From Kiloniellaceae bacterium (GTDB lineage Bacteria; Pseudomonadota; Alphaproteobacteria; Kiloniellales; J153): a DNA stretch of 64,000 nt. The DNA lies in NCBI GenBank assembly GCA_046758005.1, contig JBHHZJ010000004.1:2766-66765 (forward strand), given 5' to 3'. The notes beneath the pieces were generated by a model. That model was not told where the DNA came from. It worked only from the letters and a program-made list of their open reading frames with translations, and did no database searches. Positions 1 through 8,700 of this stretch are shown piece after piece (within the stretch, counting starts at the first letter, position 1; every line of letters starts with the position of its first letter). Position numbers and translations under genes: made by a program.

Positions 1-350
1 GCGCCGCGATCGGCGCCCAGATCGGCAGGGGCGACGGCCAAACCGCGGCGATCATCGGCGGCGCCATCCTCGGCGTCCTCGTGGGCGGCAGCGTCGGCCG
101 GATGATGGACGAGGTGGACCAGCACTGCATCGGCCAGGCGCTCGAGCACGCCCCCGACGGCCAAGCCATCGTCTGGAAGGACCCGAACGCGGGCGCGCAG
201 TACCAGGTCGTCCCGACGCAGACCTTCCAGCGGCCGGACGGTCGATACTGCCGCGAGTACACCACGACCGCCACGGTCGGCGGCAGGACCCAGCAGGTCT
301 ACGGCACGGCCTGCCGCCAGCCGGACGGCTCCTGGCAGCTCAACGGCTAG
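1..350 (+). CDS. Glycine-zipper / 17-kDa surface-antigen-type outer-membrane protein (5' end outside window)
   Basis: The frame is open from the window edge. It translates AAIGAQIGRGDGQTAAIIGGAILGVLVGGSVG (glycine-zipper helix), then a Cys-containing C-terminal domain (ORF track 81..350) like RT0821/Lpp0805-type surface proteins. Confidence 0.7.
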   Translation, partial: AAIGAQIGRGDGQTAAIIGGAILGVLVGGSVGRMMDEVDQHCIGQALEHAPDGQAIVWKDPNAGAQYQVVPTQTFQRPDGRYCREYTTTATVGGRTQQVYGTACRQPDGSWQLNG

Positions 351-403
351 CGGATGGCCGGCGATACGGCCGTGACGGCCCCCGGCCGTGTTGGCCGCGG
401 CCG

Positions 404-919
404 GTGCGTGCGCGCTTAGCGGTGAGCGACGAAGACCGACTGCCCGGCGCCGAGTTTCGTGCCCGGGGGCTGCGCGAGGTCTATCTTCTGTGTTTCGTTC
501 TCGGATGCGGCGGTCTGGCGCTCGCCGCGGTGTTCGAGGATTTCCGCACCCTCTTCAGTATCTTTCTTTTCGTCACGGTGACGCTTCTCGGGACGGTCGG
601 CCTCTTCGACCGCCGGGTGAAGCTGTCGCTCTCGCCTGACGGCATCCGTTACGAACGCTGGGGCCGCGCCGTCGTTCCCTGGCACGAGTTCAGGGCCTAT
701 CGCCCAGTGCGCTGGAGCCGGAATCCCTATCTGCAGCTCATACCCCGACAGCCCGCGCGCGTCCTGCGGCACTTTTCCTGGCTCGGCAAGCTCAACAACC
801 GCTGCGCCCGCCTGATCGGCCAGCCACCCTTCAGCATCGCGGTAACGCCGCTGGATATTGTGGATTGGCAGCTCGAGGCGGTGATCAGGACATACTTGCC
901 CTGTGCATCCGACACTTGA
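404..919 (+). CDS. Hypothetical membrane protein (two N-terminal TM helices plus a soluble domain)
   Basis: 171-codon ORF with a GTG start. Hydrophobic segments LLCFVLGCGGLALAAVF and LFSIFLFVTVTLLGTVGLF. Coding-like GC3. No family recognised. Confidence 0.5.
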   Translation: MRARLAVSDEDRLPGAEFRARGLREVYLLCFVLGCGGLALAAVFEDFRTLFSIFLFVTVTLLGTVGLFDRRVKLSLSPDGIRYERWGRAVVPWHEFRAYRPVRWSRNPYLQLIPRQPARVLRHFSWLGKLNNRCARLIGQPPFSIAVTPLDIVDWQLEAVIRTYLPCASDT

Positions 920-1001
920 GACGGCGCGCGCCGGCTCCGTGTATGATTCGACGAGGTTCGACAATAGGGGTAGACGTAAGCGAATTAAGCATCTTTGGTA
1001 C

Positions 1002-1019
1002 CGGAAGGAGTTCCTTCCG
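1002..1019. repeat. 18-bp palindrome CGGAAGGA-GT-TCCTTCCG
   Basis: Read directly from the sequence. Flanked so that the 9-mers ACCGGAAGG and CCTTCCGA recur at 1059..1082. Confidence 0.75.
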
Positions 1020-1060
1020 ACCATTTTGACACCGGTTGTCGCGGTGCCGTTGTGCGAGAC

Positions 1061-1081
1061 CGGAAGGCACCGCACCTTCCG
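1061..1081. repeat. Inverted repeat CGGAAGG-N7-CCTTCCG (same half-site as 1002..1019)
   Basis: Read directly. It lies in the 455-nt non-coding gap upstream of the Cys-rich / cytochrome c genes. Confidence 0.75.
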
Positions 1082-1374
1082 AAGCCTCAGCGCGGGAGTG
1101 ACGCAGGTGCGCGGCCGGCGATCATCCTTGGGTCCCGCGCCATGCTGGATAAGAAATCTTATGCCGGCAGCCCGGATAACGCAGTGGCGGCCCGCGTGCG
1201 ATTCCGACCACCACGCGGCAACCGTGATCGCCGCCTGGAAGTCTCCGAAAACCTGCGACCTCATCCCCAAATGCCGGTCATTGACGGACGATTCGACGAC
1301 CGCTCCAAACGAAGGGTGGTCGCCGTGGACAATTTGCTGTTGCGGATTGCCGGCAACGGCGACAATCTAAGCCC

Positions 1375-1707
1375 ATGAACGTCTCCCGGTGGCGCGGGTT
1401 GATGCTGACGGTGGCCGTGAGCCTCGGTCTGCTGATGCCCGAGGCGGTGCGGGCCGCCGCTCCGGCGCTTGGTTGTGACCGCGTTTCGTCGCCCGATATT
1501 TGTTGCGATTGTTGCGTGGTTTGCGACGAGTTCGGCATTGCCGGCGCCTGTCCCGTCTTCTGCGTGGCCACGCTCGCCCTTGCGACGCCAGTCGCGGATC
1601 TTGCCGTTCCGCCGGATCGTGCCTCCCCTCGGGCCGACGTCGATATTTGGATCTGCCACGCTCGTCCGCCTGATCCCGCCCCTCCTAAGCGGACCGCCTT
1701 CATTTAG
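1375..1707 (+). CDS. Small secreted Cys-rich protein, hypothetical (possibly DUF2946-like)
   Basis: 110 aa. Signal-peptide-like N-terminus MNVSRWRGLMLTVAVSLGLLMPEAVRAAAP. Nine Cys within about 31 residues (GCDRVSSPDICCDCCVVCDEFGIAGACPVFC). Pro-rich tail with HARPP. Sits directly upstream of two cytochrome c genes. Confidence 0.5.
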   Translation: MNVSRWRGLMLTVAVSLGLLMPEAVRAAAPALGCDRVSSPDICCDCCVVCDEFGIAGACPVFCVATLALATPVADLAVPPDRASPRADVDIWICHARPPDPAPPKRTAFI

Positions 1708-1818
1708 CTGACGGCCGTCGCGCGCGCGGCGAGCCGATCGGTCCCGTCCGGTCGCGGGCCGGCCGGGTCCGCGGTCTTCGGTAATCCCCAATGAACTCGA
1801 CACATCCTGAGGTGGGCT

Positions 1819-2541
1819 ATGCGGTTCGGCAACGTCATTGTGCTTGTGTTCTGTTTCGATCTCTGGGCGGCTCATGGTCTTGCTTCCGAGCGGGGCGATC
1901 CGGCGAAGGGGCAGCAGCTTTTCAGGACGTGCGCGGCCTGCCATTCGCTTGTGCCCGGCCGGCACATGACCGGGCCCAGTCTCGCCCAGATATGGGAGCG
2001 CCAAGCCGGGACCGTGGACGGCTTCACGCGCTACTCGACCGCTCTCAAGCAGGCCGATGTGACGTGGGACGAGCAGTCCTTGGACGCATGGCTCGCCGAT
2101 CCCCGAGCCTTCGTTCCCGGCAACCGCATGACCTTCCGAGGTCTTCCCGACGAGACCCAGAGGCGGGACCTCATAGCCTTGCTGCGCCACGTTTCCGAGC
2201 AAGAACGGCTAGCCCAGGACGGGCAGGCTCATGGAATGACCGAAGGCATGGAGGGCGGCGGAATGAGGCGCCAGGGGCAGCCCCTCGGCCTCAAGGCCTT
2301 GCAGGCGAACGACCGTGTCGTCTCGGTCCGCCATTGCGGGGACACCTATACCGTCGTCACCGAAACCGGAGAGACGCACGAGTTCTGGGAATTCAACCTG
2401 CGTCTCAAGACCGATAGCAGCGAAAACGGCCCCGAGCCCAACCATCCCGTGATCATCCCCGCGGGCATGATGGGCGATCGCGCTTTCCTCGTTTTTGCCT
2501 CACCGGCGGAGATCAGTCCGTTTATCAGGTCGGCATGCTGA
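1819..2541 (+). CDS. c-type cytochrome (class I, cytochrome c2-like domain with a C-terminal extension)
   Basis: Signal peptide, heme motif CAACH, a distal Met region (PGNRMTF), then about 110 extra residues. Confidence 0.85.
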   Translation: MRFGNVIVLVFCFDLWAAHGLASERGDPAKGQQLFRTCAACHSLVPGRHMTGPSLAQIWERQAGTVDGFTRYSTALKQADVTWDEQSLDAWLADPRAFVPGNRMTFRGLPDETQRRDLIALLRHVSEQERLAQDGQAHGMTEGMEGGGMRRQGQPLGLKALQANDRVVSVRHCGDTYTVVTETGETHEFWEFNLRLKTDSSENGPEPNHPVIIPAGMMGDRAFLVFASPAEISPFIRSAC

Positions 2542-3032
2542 ACATGAAGAGGTCTCTCTTCCTGGCCGCGGTCGGCTTGGCGGCGCTTCTCGTTGCCGCG
2601 CTGGCCTTCTTGCGCATGGAAATGACACCGGGTGGAGCGGATAGAGCGAACCCCGAGGATTCCGGACAGGTGGAATTGGGTGAGGTCGTGTACGGTGGAA
2701 GCTGTTCCGGCTGTCACGGAGACCGGCTCCAAGGCCAACCCGACTGGCGCGTTCGCAAACCGGACGGGAAGCTTCCCGCACCGCCTCACGACCAGACAGG
2801 TCATACCTGGCACCACCCCGATGAGCACCTGTTCCGTGTCACCAAGCTGGGAGTGAAGCCGCCGCTCGCGCCGGAGGGTTACGAGAGCGACATGCCGGGA
2901 TTCGGCGATACGCTTACCGACGACGAAATCTGGGCGGTGCTGTCGTTCATCAAAAGTACATGGCCACCGAAGCAACGGGCTTATCAACAGCGCGTCGACG
3001 AGGCGTACAGACGCCAAGCCGGAAAGCGTTGA
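2535..3032 (+). CDS. Membrane-anchored c-type cytochrome
   Basis: N-terminal TM anchor, heme motif CSGCH, and the conserved PPHDQTGHTWHHPD block. The start overlaps the upstream stop (ATGCTGA). An alternative ATG lies at 2544. Confidence 0.85.
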   Translation: MLNMKRSLFLAAVGLAALLVAALAFLRMEMTPGGADRANPEDSGQVELGEVVYGGSCSGCHGDRLQGQPDWRVRKPDGKLPAPPHDQTGHTWHHPDEHLFRVTKLGVKPPLAPEGYESDMPGFGDTLTDDEIWAVLSFIKSTWPPKQRAYQQRVDEAYRRQAGKR

Positions 3033-3330
3033 CGCACCTCACCGATCCTGGAGGACGCCGATTCGAGAGGGCGAGCCAATGTTCACAGGCAAGGTTCGGT
3101 CGGAGCCTCGGAAACCCGCGAACTCGCGGAGCGCTACGGCCTAAAGTTCAGCCCGGTGGAAGACGGTTACCGGATGCAAGGGGGTCGTCACGCATTTGAT
3201 CGACAAGACCGGCAATCCGCGGGCGCGTTACCGCGGGCTGAAATTCGATCCGATGAACATGATCCTTCATATCAACGCCCTTGCGAACGATTATCACCGA
3301 GGACACCCCCAAGATAGATATCCGGCCTAG
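3033..3330 (+). pseudogene. Remnant of a thioredoxin-fold SCO/TlpA-like gene (C-terminal part only, frameshifted)
   Basis: Two frames join across a G5 run at 3180..3184: ...ETRELAERYGLKFSPVEDGYRMQG / VVTHLIDKTGNPRARYRGLKFDPMNMILHINALANDY. This resembles the C-terminus of SCO-type proteins. There is no N-terminal CxxxC part, because the cytochrome stop codon lies immediately upstream. Confidence 0.35.
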
Positions 3331-3337
3331 AGCGGAT

Positions 3338-3378
3338 CGTGATTGATTGGAACCACTTGGCGGCTCCAATCAATCACG
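3338..3378. repeat. Perfect 14-bp inverted repeat CGTGATTGATTGGA-N13-TCCAATCAATCACG
   Basis: Read directly from the sequence. Confidence 0.85.
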
Positions 3379-3404
3379 TGAATCCGCTCTATACATTACA
3401 GTTG

Positions 3405-3462
3405 GAGCAGATCCGGGTCGATGAATCGCCTTCGGGCGATTCTCATCGACCCGGATCTGCTC
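3405..3462. repeat. Long hairpin: 20-bp plus 6-bp stem capped by a UUCG tetraloop
   Basis: GAGCAGATCCGGGTCGATGA ATCGCC TTCG GGCGAT (TC) TCATCGACCCGGATCTGCTC. Lies about 100 nt downstream of the tRNA-Ser 3' end. No U-tract on either strand. Confidence 0.85.
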
Positions 3463-3563
3463 TAGGCGGGCGGCGCGCCCCGACGGCTCGGGCGGCACGG
3501 CTTGGGCGCGAGGGTCCGTGCGACGAAAGGCGTGATTGAACGATGAATATCGTCGGGGCGAAT

Positions 3564-3654
3564 TGGCGGATGGGGTGGGATTCGAACCCACGAGGCGCTC
3601 GTCGCGCCTGCCGGTTTTCAAGACCGGTGCCTTCAACCGCTCGGCCACCCATCC
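3564..3654 (-). tRNA. tRNA-Ser (anticodon UGA), CCA encoded
   Basis: The reverse complement folds as a cloverleaf. Acceptor GGATGGG/CCCATCC, anticodon stem CCGGT/ACCGG with loop CTTGAAA, a long variable arm (GGCGC..GCGCC), T-arm GTGGG-TTCGAAT-CCCAC, then G-CCA. Confidence 0.95.
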
Positions 3655-3994
3655 AGGGCGGGATTCCAAACAGTTATCAGATCGGTTCTGGGCCGGAAAG
3701 ACCGTTTGCCGAAACCGTTTGGGTGTCGTTCGCGCGCGGCCGGCCGGTACCGGCCTGGGGACGGGGAGGGGCGGCCCCCCGTCGGCGGCGTCGGCGGATG
3801 CCCCGGCCGGCGCGGGCCGGCGGCGGGTGGAGGAAGCGTTTTTTACTTAAAACGTTAATAATAAATATTTCATTTTCGGATTTGATTATATGTCTTTTTC
3901 TGTTAATTTAACGTTCCGTTAACATCGGTTGCGCGGTCCGACGTAACGCAACGTAATAAAAGAGGCCATAATTCCAGTATCGGGAGGCAAAAAA

Positions 3995-4171
3995 ATGGAT
4001 GGAGGGTCAAACAAAGCTCCGGGAGGCGTCGGTTTTTCCTCCGTGTGGGCGACTTTCGTGGCCGTAACGGCGGCGCTCTGCGCGGCGGCCGCGTTTAGCG
4101 GCAATCGGGACCTCGCCGAGGCCCTGGCTGGCGGACCCGTGGACGCCGGAAACACGGACGCTCGAGGCTAG
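3995..4171 (+). CDS. Possible 58-aa single-TM mini-protein (below the ORF-track cutoff)
   Basis: ATG preceded by GGGAGG at a 7-nt spacing. Translates MDGGSNKAPGGVGFSSVWATFVAVTAALCAAAAFSGNRDLAEALAGGPVDAGNTDARG. Sits next to an AT-rich island. Confidence 0.25.
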   Translation: MDGGSNKAPGGVGFSSVWATFVAVTAALCAAAAFSGNRDLAEALAGGPVDAGNTDARG

Positions 4172-4356
4172 ACGCCGAGCCTCCCGGGCCCGGGACTCCG
4201 GCCTCGGCCTCGGTCCACCGGGTTCCGGGCTCGTTTCGCCGCGCGACGTCCGGGACGCGGCGGCGCTTCCTTTATGCTTTGAAAAGCCTCCGGCAACGAA
4301 ACTTCAATCGAAGTTAACAATCGTTCCCAATACCGGCCCGTAGAGGATTAAAAAGG

Positions 4357-4400
4357 TCCGGCCCGCATCGCGCCCACATCCGGCCCGCATCCGGCCCGCA
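4357..4400. repeat. Four tandem 11-nt units (TCCGGCCCGCA x3 plus a degenerate TCGCGCCCACA)
   Basis: Read directly. Helical-turn periodicity. About 175 nt upstream of the REC-kinase start. Confidence 0.8.
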
Positions 4401-4575
4401 TTAGGAAAGCCTTAGCGCGTTATCGTTAAGTTGATCGAGCGACCGGCGATTCACGGGATCCGCGTGCCTCCGCCCTCGTTCCATGGCCCGGAGGGCCATC
4501 CGGCTGAGCGCGGGGGAATTGGACTTGGCCGCGCCATCGGCGCGTCGACAATTTGGATCGGACGGAGTGTACGCG

Positions 4576-5736
4576 ATGTCGGCCACTCGATCCGCGACGG
4601 GGCCAAGGCCCTTGATCTTGATCGTGGACGACGATCCCGTCCAACGCATCCTGCTTCGCGAGGCCGTGGAACGGGTGGGGCTTCGCGCCGAAGAGGCCGA
4701 GGGCGGCACCGAGGGAATCGCGAAAACGCGCGCACTGCGCCCGGATCTGATCATCCTCGACGTGATCATGCCGGATCTCGACGGGTTTGCCGTGTGCGCG
4801 CTGGTGCGCGGCGACCCGGACATCGCGCATCTGCCCGTCTTATTGGTCACCGGCCTGGACGACATCGACTCGATCGAGCGCGCCTTCGAGGCCGGGGCGA
4901 CGACCTTTCTGACCAAGCCGATCAACCTGTCGCTGCTCGGCCATCAATTGAAATACATGCTGCGCGCGAGCCGAATGGAACTCGAGCTCCGCGAGTCCAT
5001 GCGCATGGCGCAGGAGGCCAGCGTGGCCAAGAGCCAGTTCCTGGCCAACATGAGCCACGAGTTGCGCACGCCCCTCAACGCGATCCTGGGGTTCTCGGAG
5101 ATCATGCACCGCGAGCAACTGGGACCGATCGGGACCCCGCGCTACCGCACCTACGCGCAAGACATCAACAAGAGCGCCACGCACCTGCTGCAAATCATCA
5201 ACGACATCCTGGACATCTCGAAGATCGAGAGCGGCAAGTTCGAAGTCCACGACGACGTGTTCAGCTTGCAGCAGATCCTCGACAGCGTGACTCGCTTGAT
5301 GCGCCCGCGGGCGGGCGAAGCCGCCGTGTCGCTGAACATGGAGGTCGATCCCGACCTGCCGGTGCTGCGCAGTGACGAGCTTCGGCTCAAGCAGGTCCTG
5401 CTCAACCTGGTGTCCAACGCCGTCAAGTTCACGCCGCCCGGCGGGCAGGTTGCCGTGCGCGCCAACATCGCGGAAAACGGCGACCTGATCGTGGCGGTCG
5501 CCGACACCGGAATCGGGATCCCGGCCTCGGAGATCCGCAGGGTATTATCGATTTTCGAGCAAGTCGACGGCGGCCTGAACAGGAAGTACGAAGGAACGGG
5601 GCTCGGCCTGCCGCTGGCCAAGCTGATCACCGAGCGCCTCGGCGGGCACCTGGTCCTCGAGAGCGAGTTCGGCAAGGGCACGCGCGTCACCCTTGTCTTT
5701 CCGCCGAGTCGAATTCTCTACGACGAAGTCGCGTAG
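4576..5736 (+). CDS. Response-regulator receiver fused to a histidine kinase (REC-HisKA-HATPase_c)
   Basis: LILIVDDDP...DLIILDVIMPDLDG...TKP receiver motifs, an H-box MSHELRTPLN, and N/G boxes (DTGIGI, GTGLGL). The ATG at 4576 is preferred over the track start at 4483. Confidence 0.9.
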   Translation: MSATRSATGPRPLILIVDDDPVQRILLREAVERVGLRAEEAEGGTEGIAKTRALRPDLIILDVIMPDLDGFAVCALVRGDPDIAHLPVLLVTGLDDIDSIERAFEAGATTFLTKPINLSLLGHQLKYMLRASRMELELRESMRMAQEASVAKSQFLANMSHELRTPLNAILGFSEIMHREQLGPIGTPRYRTYAQDINKSATHLLQIINDILDISKIESGKFEVHDDVFSLQQILDSVTRLMRPRAGEAAVSLNMEVDPDLPVLRSDELRLKQVLLNLVSNAVKFTPPGGQVAVRANIAENGDLIVAVADTGIGIPASEIRRVLSIFEQVDGGLNRKYEGTGLGLPLAKLITERLGGHLVLESEFGKGTRVTLVFPPSRILYDEVA

Positions 5737-5775
5737 GCCGCCCGCGCGCCGGGTTGGCATTGGGCGGCGGCGCGT

Positions 5776-8700
5776 TCAGGCCGACTTCGCCACGCTCTCG
5801 CATTCGGCCCGTAGCGCCGTGCACACCAGCGCATACTGGGCCCGGACCTGGTCGAGGAGGCCGCGCGCCCCGTCGAGACGATGCTCCCGGCCCATGGCCT
5901 CCAGCTCCTTGCACAGGGCGGCCAACTCGGTCGCGCCGACGTTGGCGGTGCTGGATTTCAGGCTATGCGCCGCGTTGCACAGACCTTCCGCGTCGCGCGC
6001 CGCGACCGCGCGCTCGATCGTCTCGAGCAGCCGAGGCGAGTGTTCCAGGTAGACGCCGACGACCTTGACGAGCGTGTCCGGTGCGCCGTCGCGCTGGAGC
6101 GCGCGAATGCCCTCCAGCGCGCTTCGGTCCAGCACCGAAGGGCCCGGCTCCCGCTGCGCCGCGCGGGCCGGTCCAGGCGCAGCCCCCTGGCGCCCGCCTT
6201 CGGCCGGTCGGAGCGGCACGGGCGCATCCTTGCGGGTAATCCACTTCTCCAGGACCGCGCGCAACTGGACGGGGGTGAATGGCTTGCTCAGGTAGTCGTC
6301 CATTCCCGCGGCGAGACATCGCTCCCGCTCGCCCTTCATGGCGTTCGCGGTCAGCGCGATGATCGGGATGTGCTTCGGCGCGACCCGTGCCTGCTCGCGT
6401 GCGCGAATTTCCGCGGTCGCATCGAAGCCGTCCAGCACCGGCATCTGGATGTCCATGAGGACGATGTCATACGATCCGACGGCCAAAGCATCGACGGCCA
6501 TACGGCCATTGTCCACGATGTCGACGCGGCAGCCGAGCAGGGCCAGCGTCTCCTTCGCGACCAACTGATTGACCGGATTGTCCTCGGCGAGCAGCACGTG
6601 CGCGTTGAACGGTTGCTCCGCCCGCACCGGGGCGGTTCCGCAGGTCGGGCCCGACGTCGACACCCGTCCCACGGCCACCATGGCCTGGACGATGCGGTCG
6701 TAAAGGGCGGACTGACGCACGGGCTTGGGCAGCCAGGAGTCGACGCCCGCCTCCATGGCGATCTGCGGATCATCCTCGCCGCCCGCGGCGCTCAGCATGA
6801 TGATGGGCGTGTCGCTCAACGCGCGGTTCTGGCGAATGCGGCGCGCAACGGAAAGGCCGTCCCCGTCCGGCATATCGTAATCCAGCAACACGAGGTCGTA
6901 GGGCCTGCCGCGCGCCACGCCGTCGTGCAGCGCGTCCGTCGCGTCGTGGCCGTTTTCCGCGATATCGCCGACCATGCCCCAGGCGGTCACGAGTTCCTGG
7001 ACGATGCCTCGATTGGTGGCGTTGTCGTCGACGATGAGGATGCGCAGGCCGCGGAGATCCCCGTTGAGCGGGATTGGCCGGCGGGCTGTGTCAGCCTGTT
7101 TCTCGAAACGGGCGGTGAACCAGAAGACGGACCCTTGGCCCGGCTCGCTCTCGACCCTGACCTCACCGCCCATCATTTCGACCAGCTTCTTGGTGATGGC
7201 CAGTCCCAGGCCGGTGCCCCCGTGCTTCCGAGTCGTCGCGTCATCGGCCTGGCTGAAGGGTTCGAAGACAAGCGTTCGCGCCTCGGGCGTGATTCCGATG
7301 CCGGTGTCCCTGACCTCGAAGCGCAGCAACGCAGAACCCTCGGTTTCCGACGCCACCGAGACGTCGGTAACCACCTCGCCGTGCGCGGTGAACTTGATGG
7401 CATTGCCGACGAGGTTCGTCAGCGCCTGGCGCAGGCGATGAGGATCGCCTCTGAGCGCCGTCGGCACCCCCACGGGGACGTGGCACGCCAGCTCCAGGCC
7501 CTTGGCGTTGGCGCGTTGGGCGAGCAGCTCGGCCACGTCCTCGACGGTCTCGAGCAGGTCGAAATCGATCGTCTCGAGGTCCAGCTTGCCGGCCTCGATC
7601 TTCGAGAAATCCAGGATATCGTTGATCACCCTGAGCAGCGCGTGACCCGAGCGGCGGATGGTGTCCACGAACATTCGCTGCTTGTCGCTCAGTGGCGTGT
7701 CGAGCAATAGCTCGGTGACTCCGATGACGCCGTTCATCGGCGTGCGGATTTCGTGGCTCATGCGCGCCAGGAACTCGCCCTTCGCGCTGCTCGCCGCGTC
7801 GGCCTCCTCCTTCGCCTGGCGCAGGGCCGCCTCGACCCGCTTGCGCTCGGTGGTGTCGTGCAACACCACCATGGATGCGGCGCCGCCCTGATACTGGATC
7901 GGGCGCATGACGATCTCGGCGTTGAGATCCCGGCCGTCCCGTGTGCGCAACCCGAGATCAAGGTGTTCCGCAGGTCCTTCCGACCACCACTGCCTGTTGT
8001 AATACTCGAGCGCGCGCGACCGGTGTTCCGGGATGATGGCATCGAAGAACCGAACCGGCGCTCCCTCGCTGTCGGCCGAACCCAGAAGCTTCGTGTAACC
8101 CGGATTGTGATAGATGGTTTCGCCCCGCGGCGCGAGGATCACGATGGCGTCGCTGGAATTCTCGACCAGCGCCCGATACTTCGCCTCGGCTTCCTTGACC
8201 GCCTGCTGGCCCTCTTCGATCTCCTGCATCTGCAACTGGTAGTTGCGTTTGAGAACCACGACGATGATCAGCGTCATCGTGATGACGGTCGCCAGCAGGG
8301 CGAAGCTGTTGAGCCAGCGCTCGCCTATGGCCCTGTCGATCAGGCGCGTGACGTCCTCGCGCGGGTTGATGAGCGCCACCGACCAGACGCTGCCCTGCAA
8401 ATCGAGCGGTGCGAAGGCGATGAGGTCGGTGCCCGGCTTCTCCCGTATTTGCGCGCCCGACTTCTGAACCAGGTCATCGCGCCCGCGCGCATCCTCTTGC
8501 TTTGCCGAGAGCAGGTAAGGTTCGTCGTCCGGACCGGTCGTTGAGGTCAGCCCTCCCGAAAGGACGGTCGCCCGGCGCCGATGAGGAAAGCTGCCGGTGC
8601 CTTTCTCACCTTTGCTCATCCTGTCGACGACGGCGAGGAACCCGTCTTTTTCGGCCCGCGAAAGCGTGGCCGGCAACAGCTCGTCCACGGTCTTTCCGAC

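Noticed and set aside
920-1374. Possible cobalamin riboswitch (GGTGCC..., ...AGCCCGGATAACGCAGTGGCGG)
   Set aside because: The resemblance to the B12 box and the conserved core is only loose. The downstream genes are not B12-related. It cannot be supported without a covariance-model search.
4357-4400. CRISPR-like array
   Set aside because: The units are 11 nt and directly tandem with no spacers, and there are no cas genes in the window.
3330-4400. Integrated prophage or genomic island at tRNA-Ser
   Set aside because: No integrase, excisionase, phage or transposase gene and no obvious att duplication was found. It is retained only as a 'possible scar' observation.
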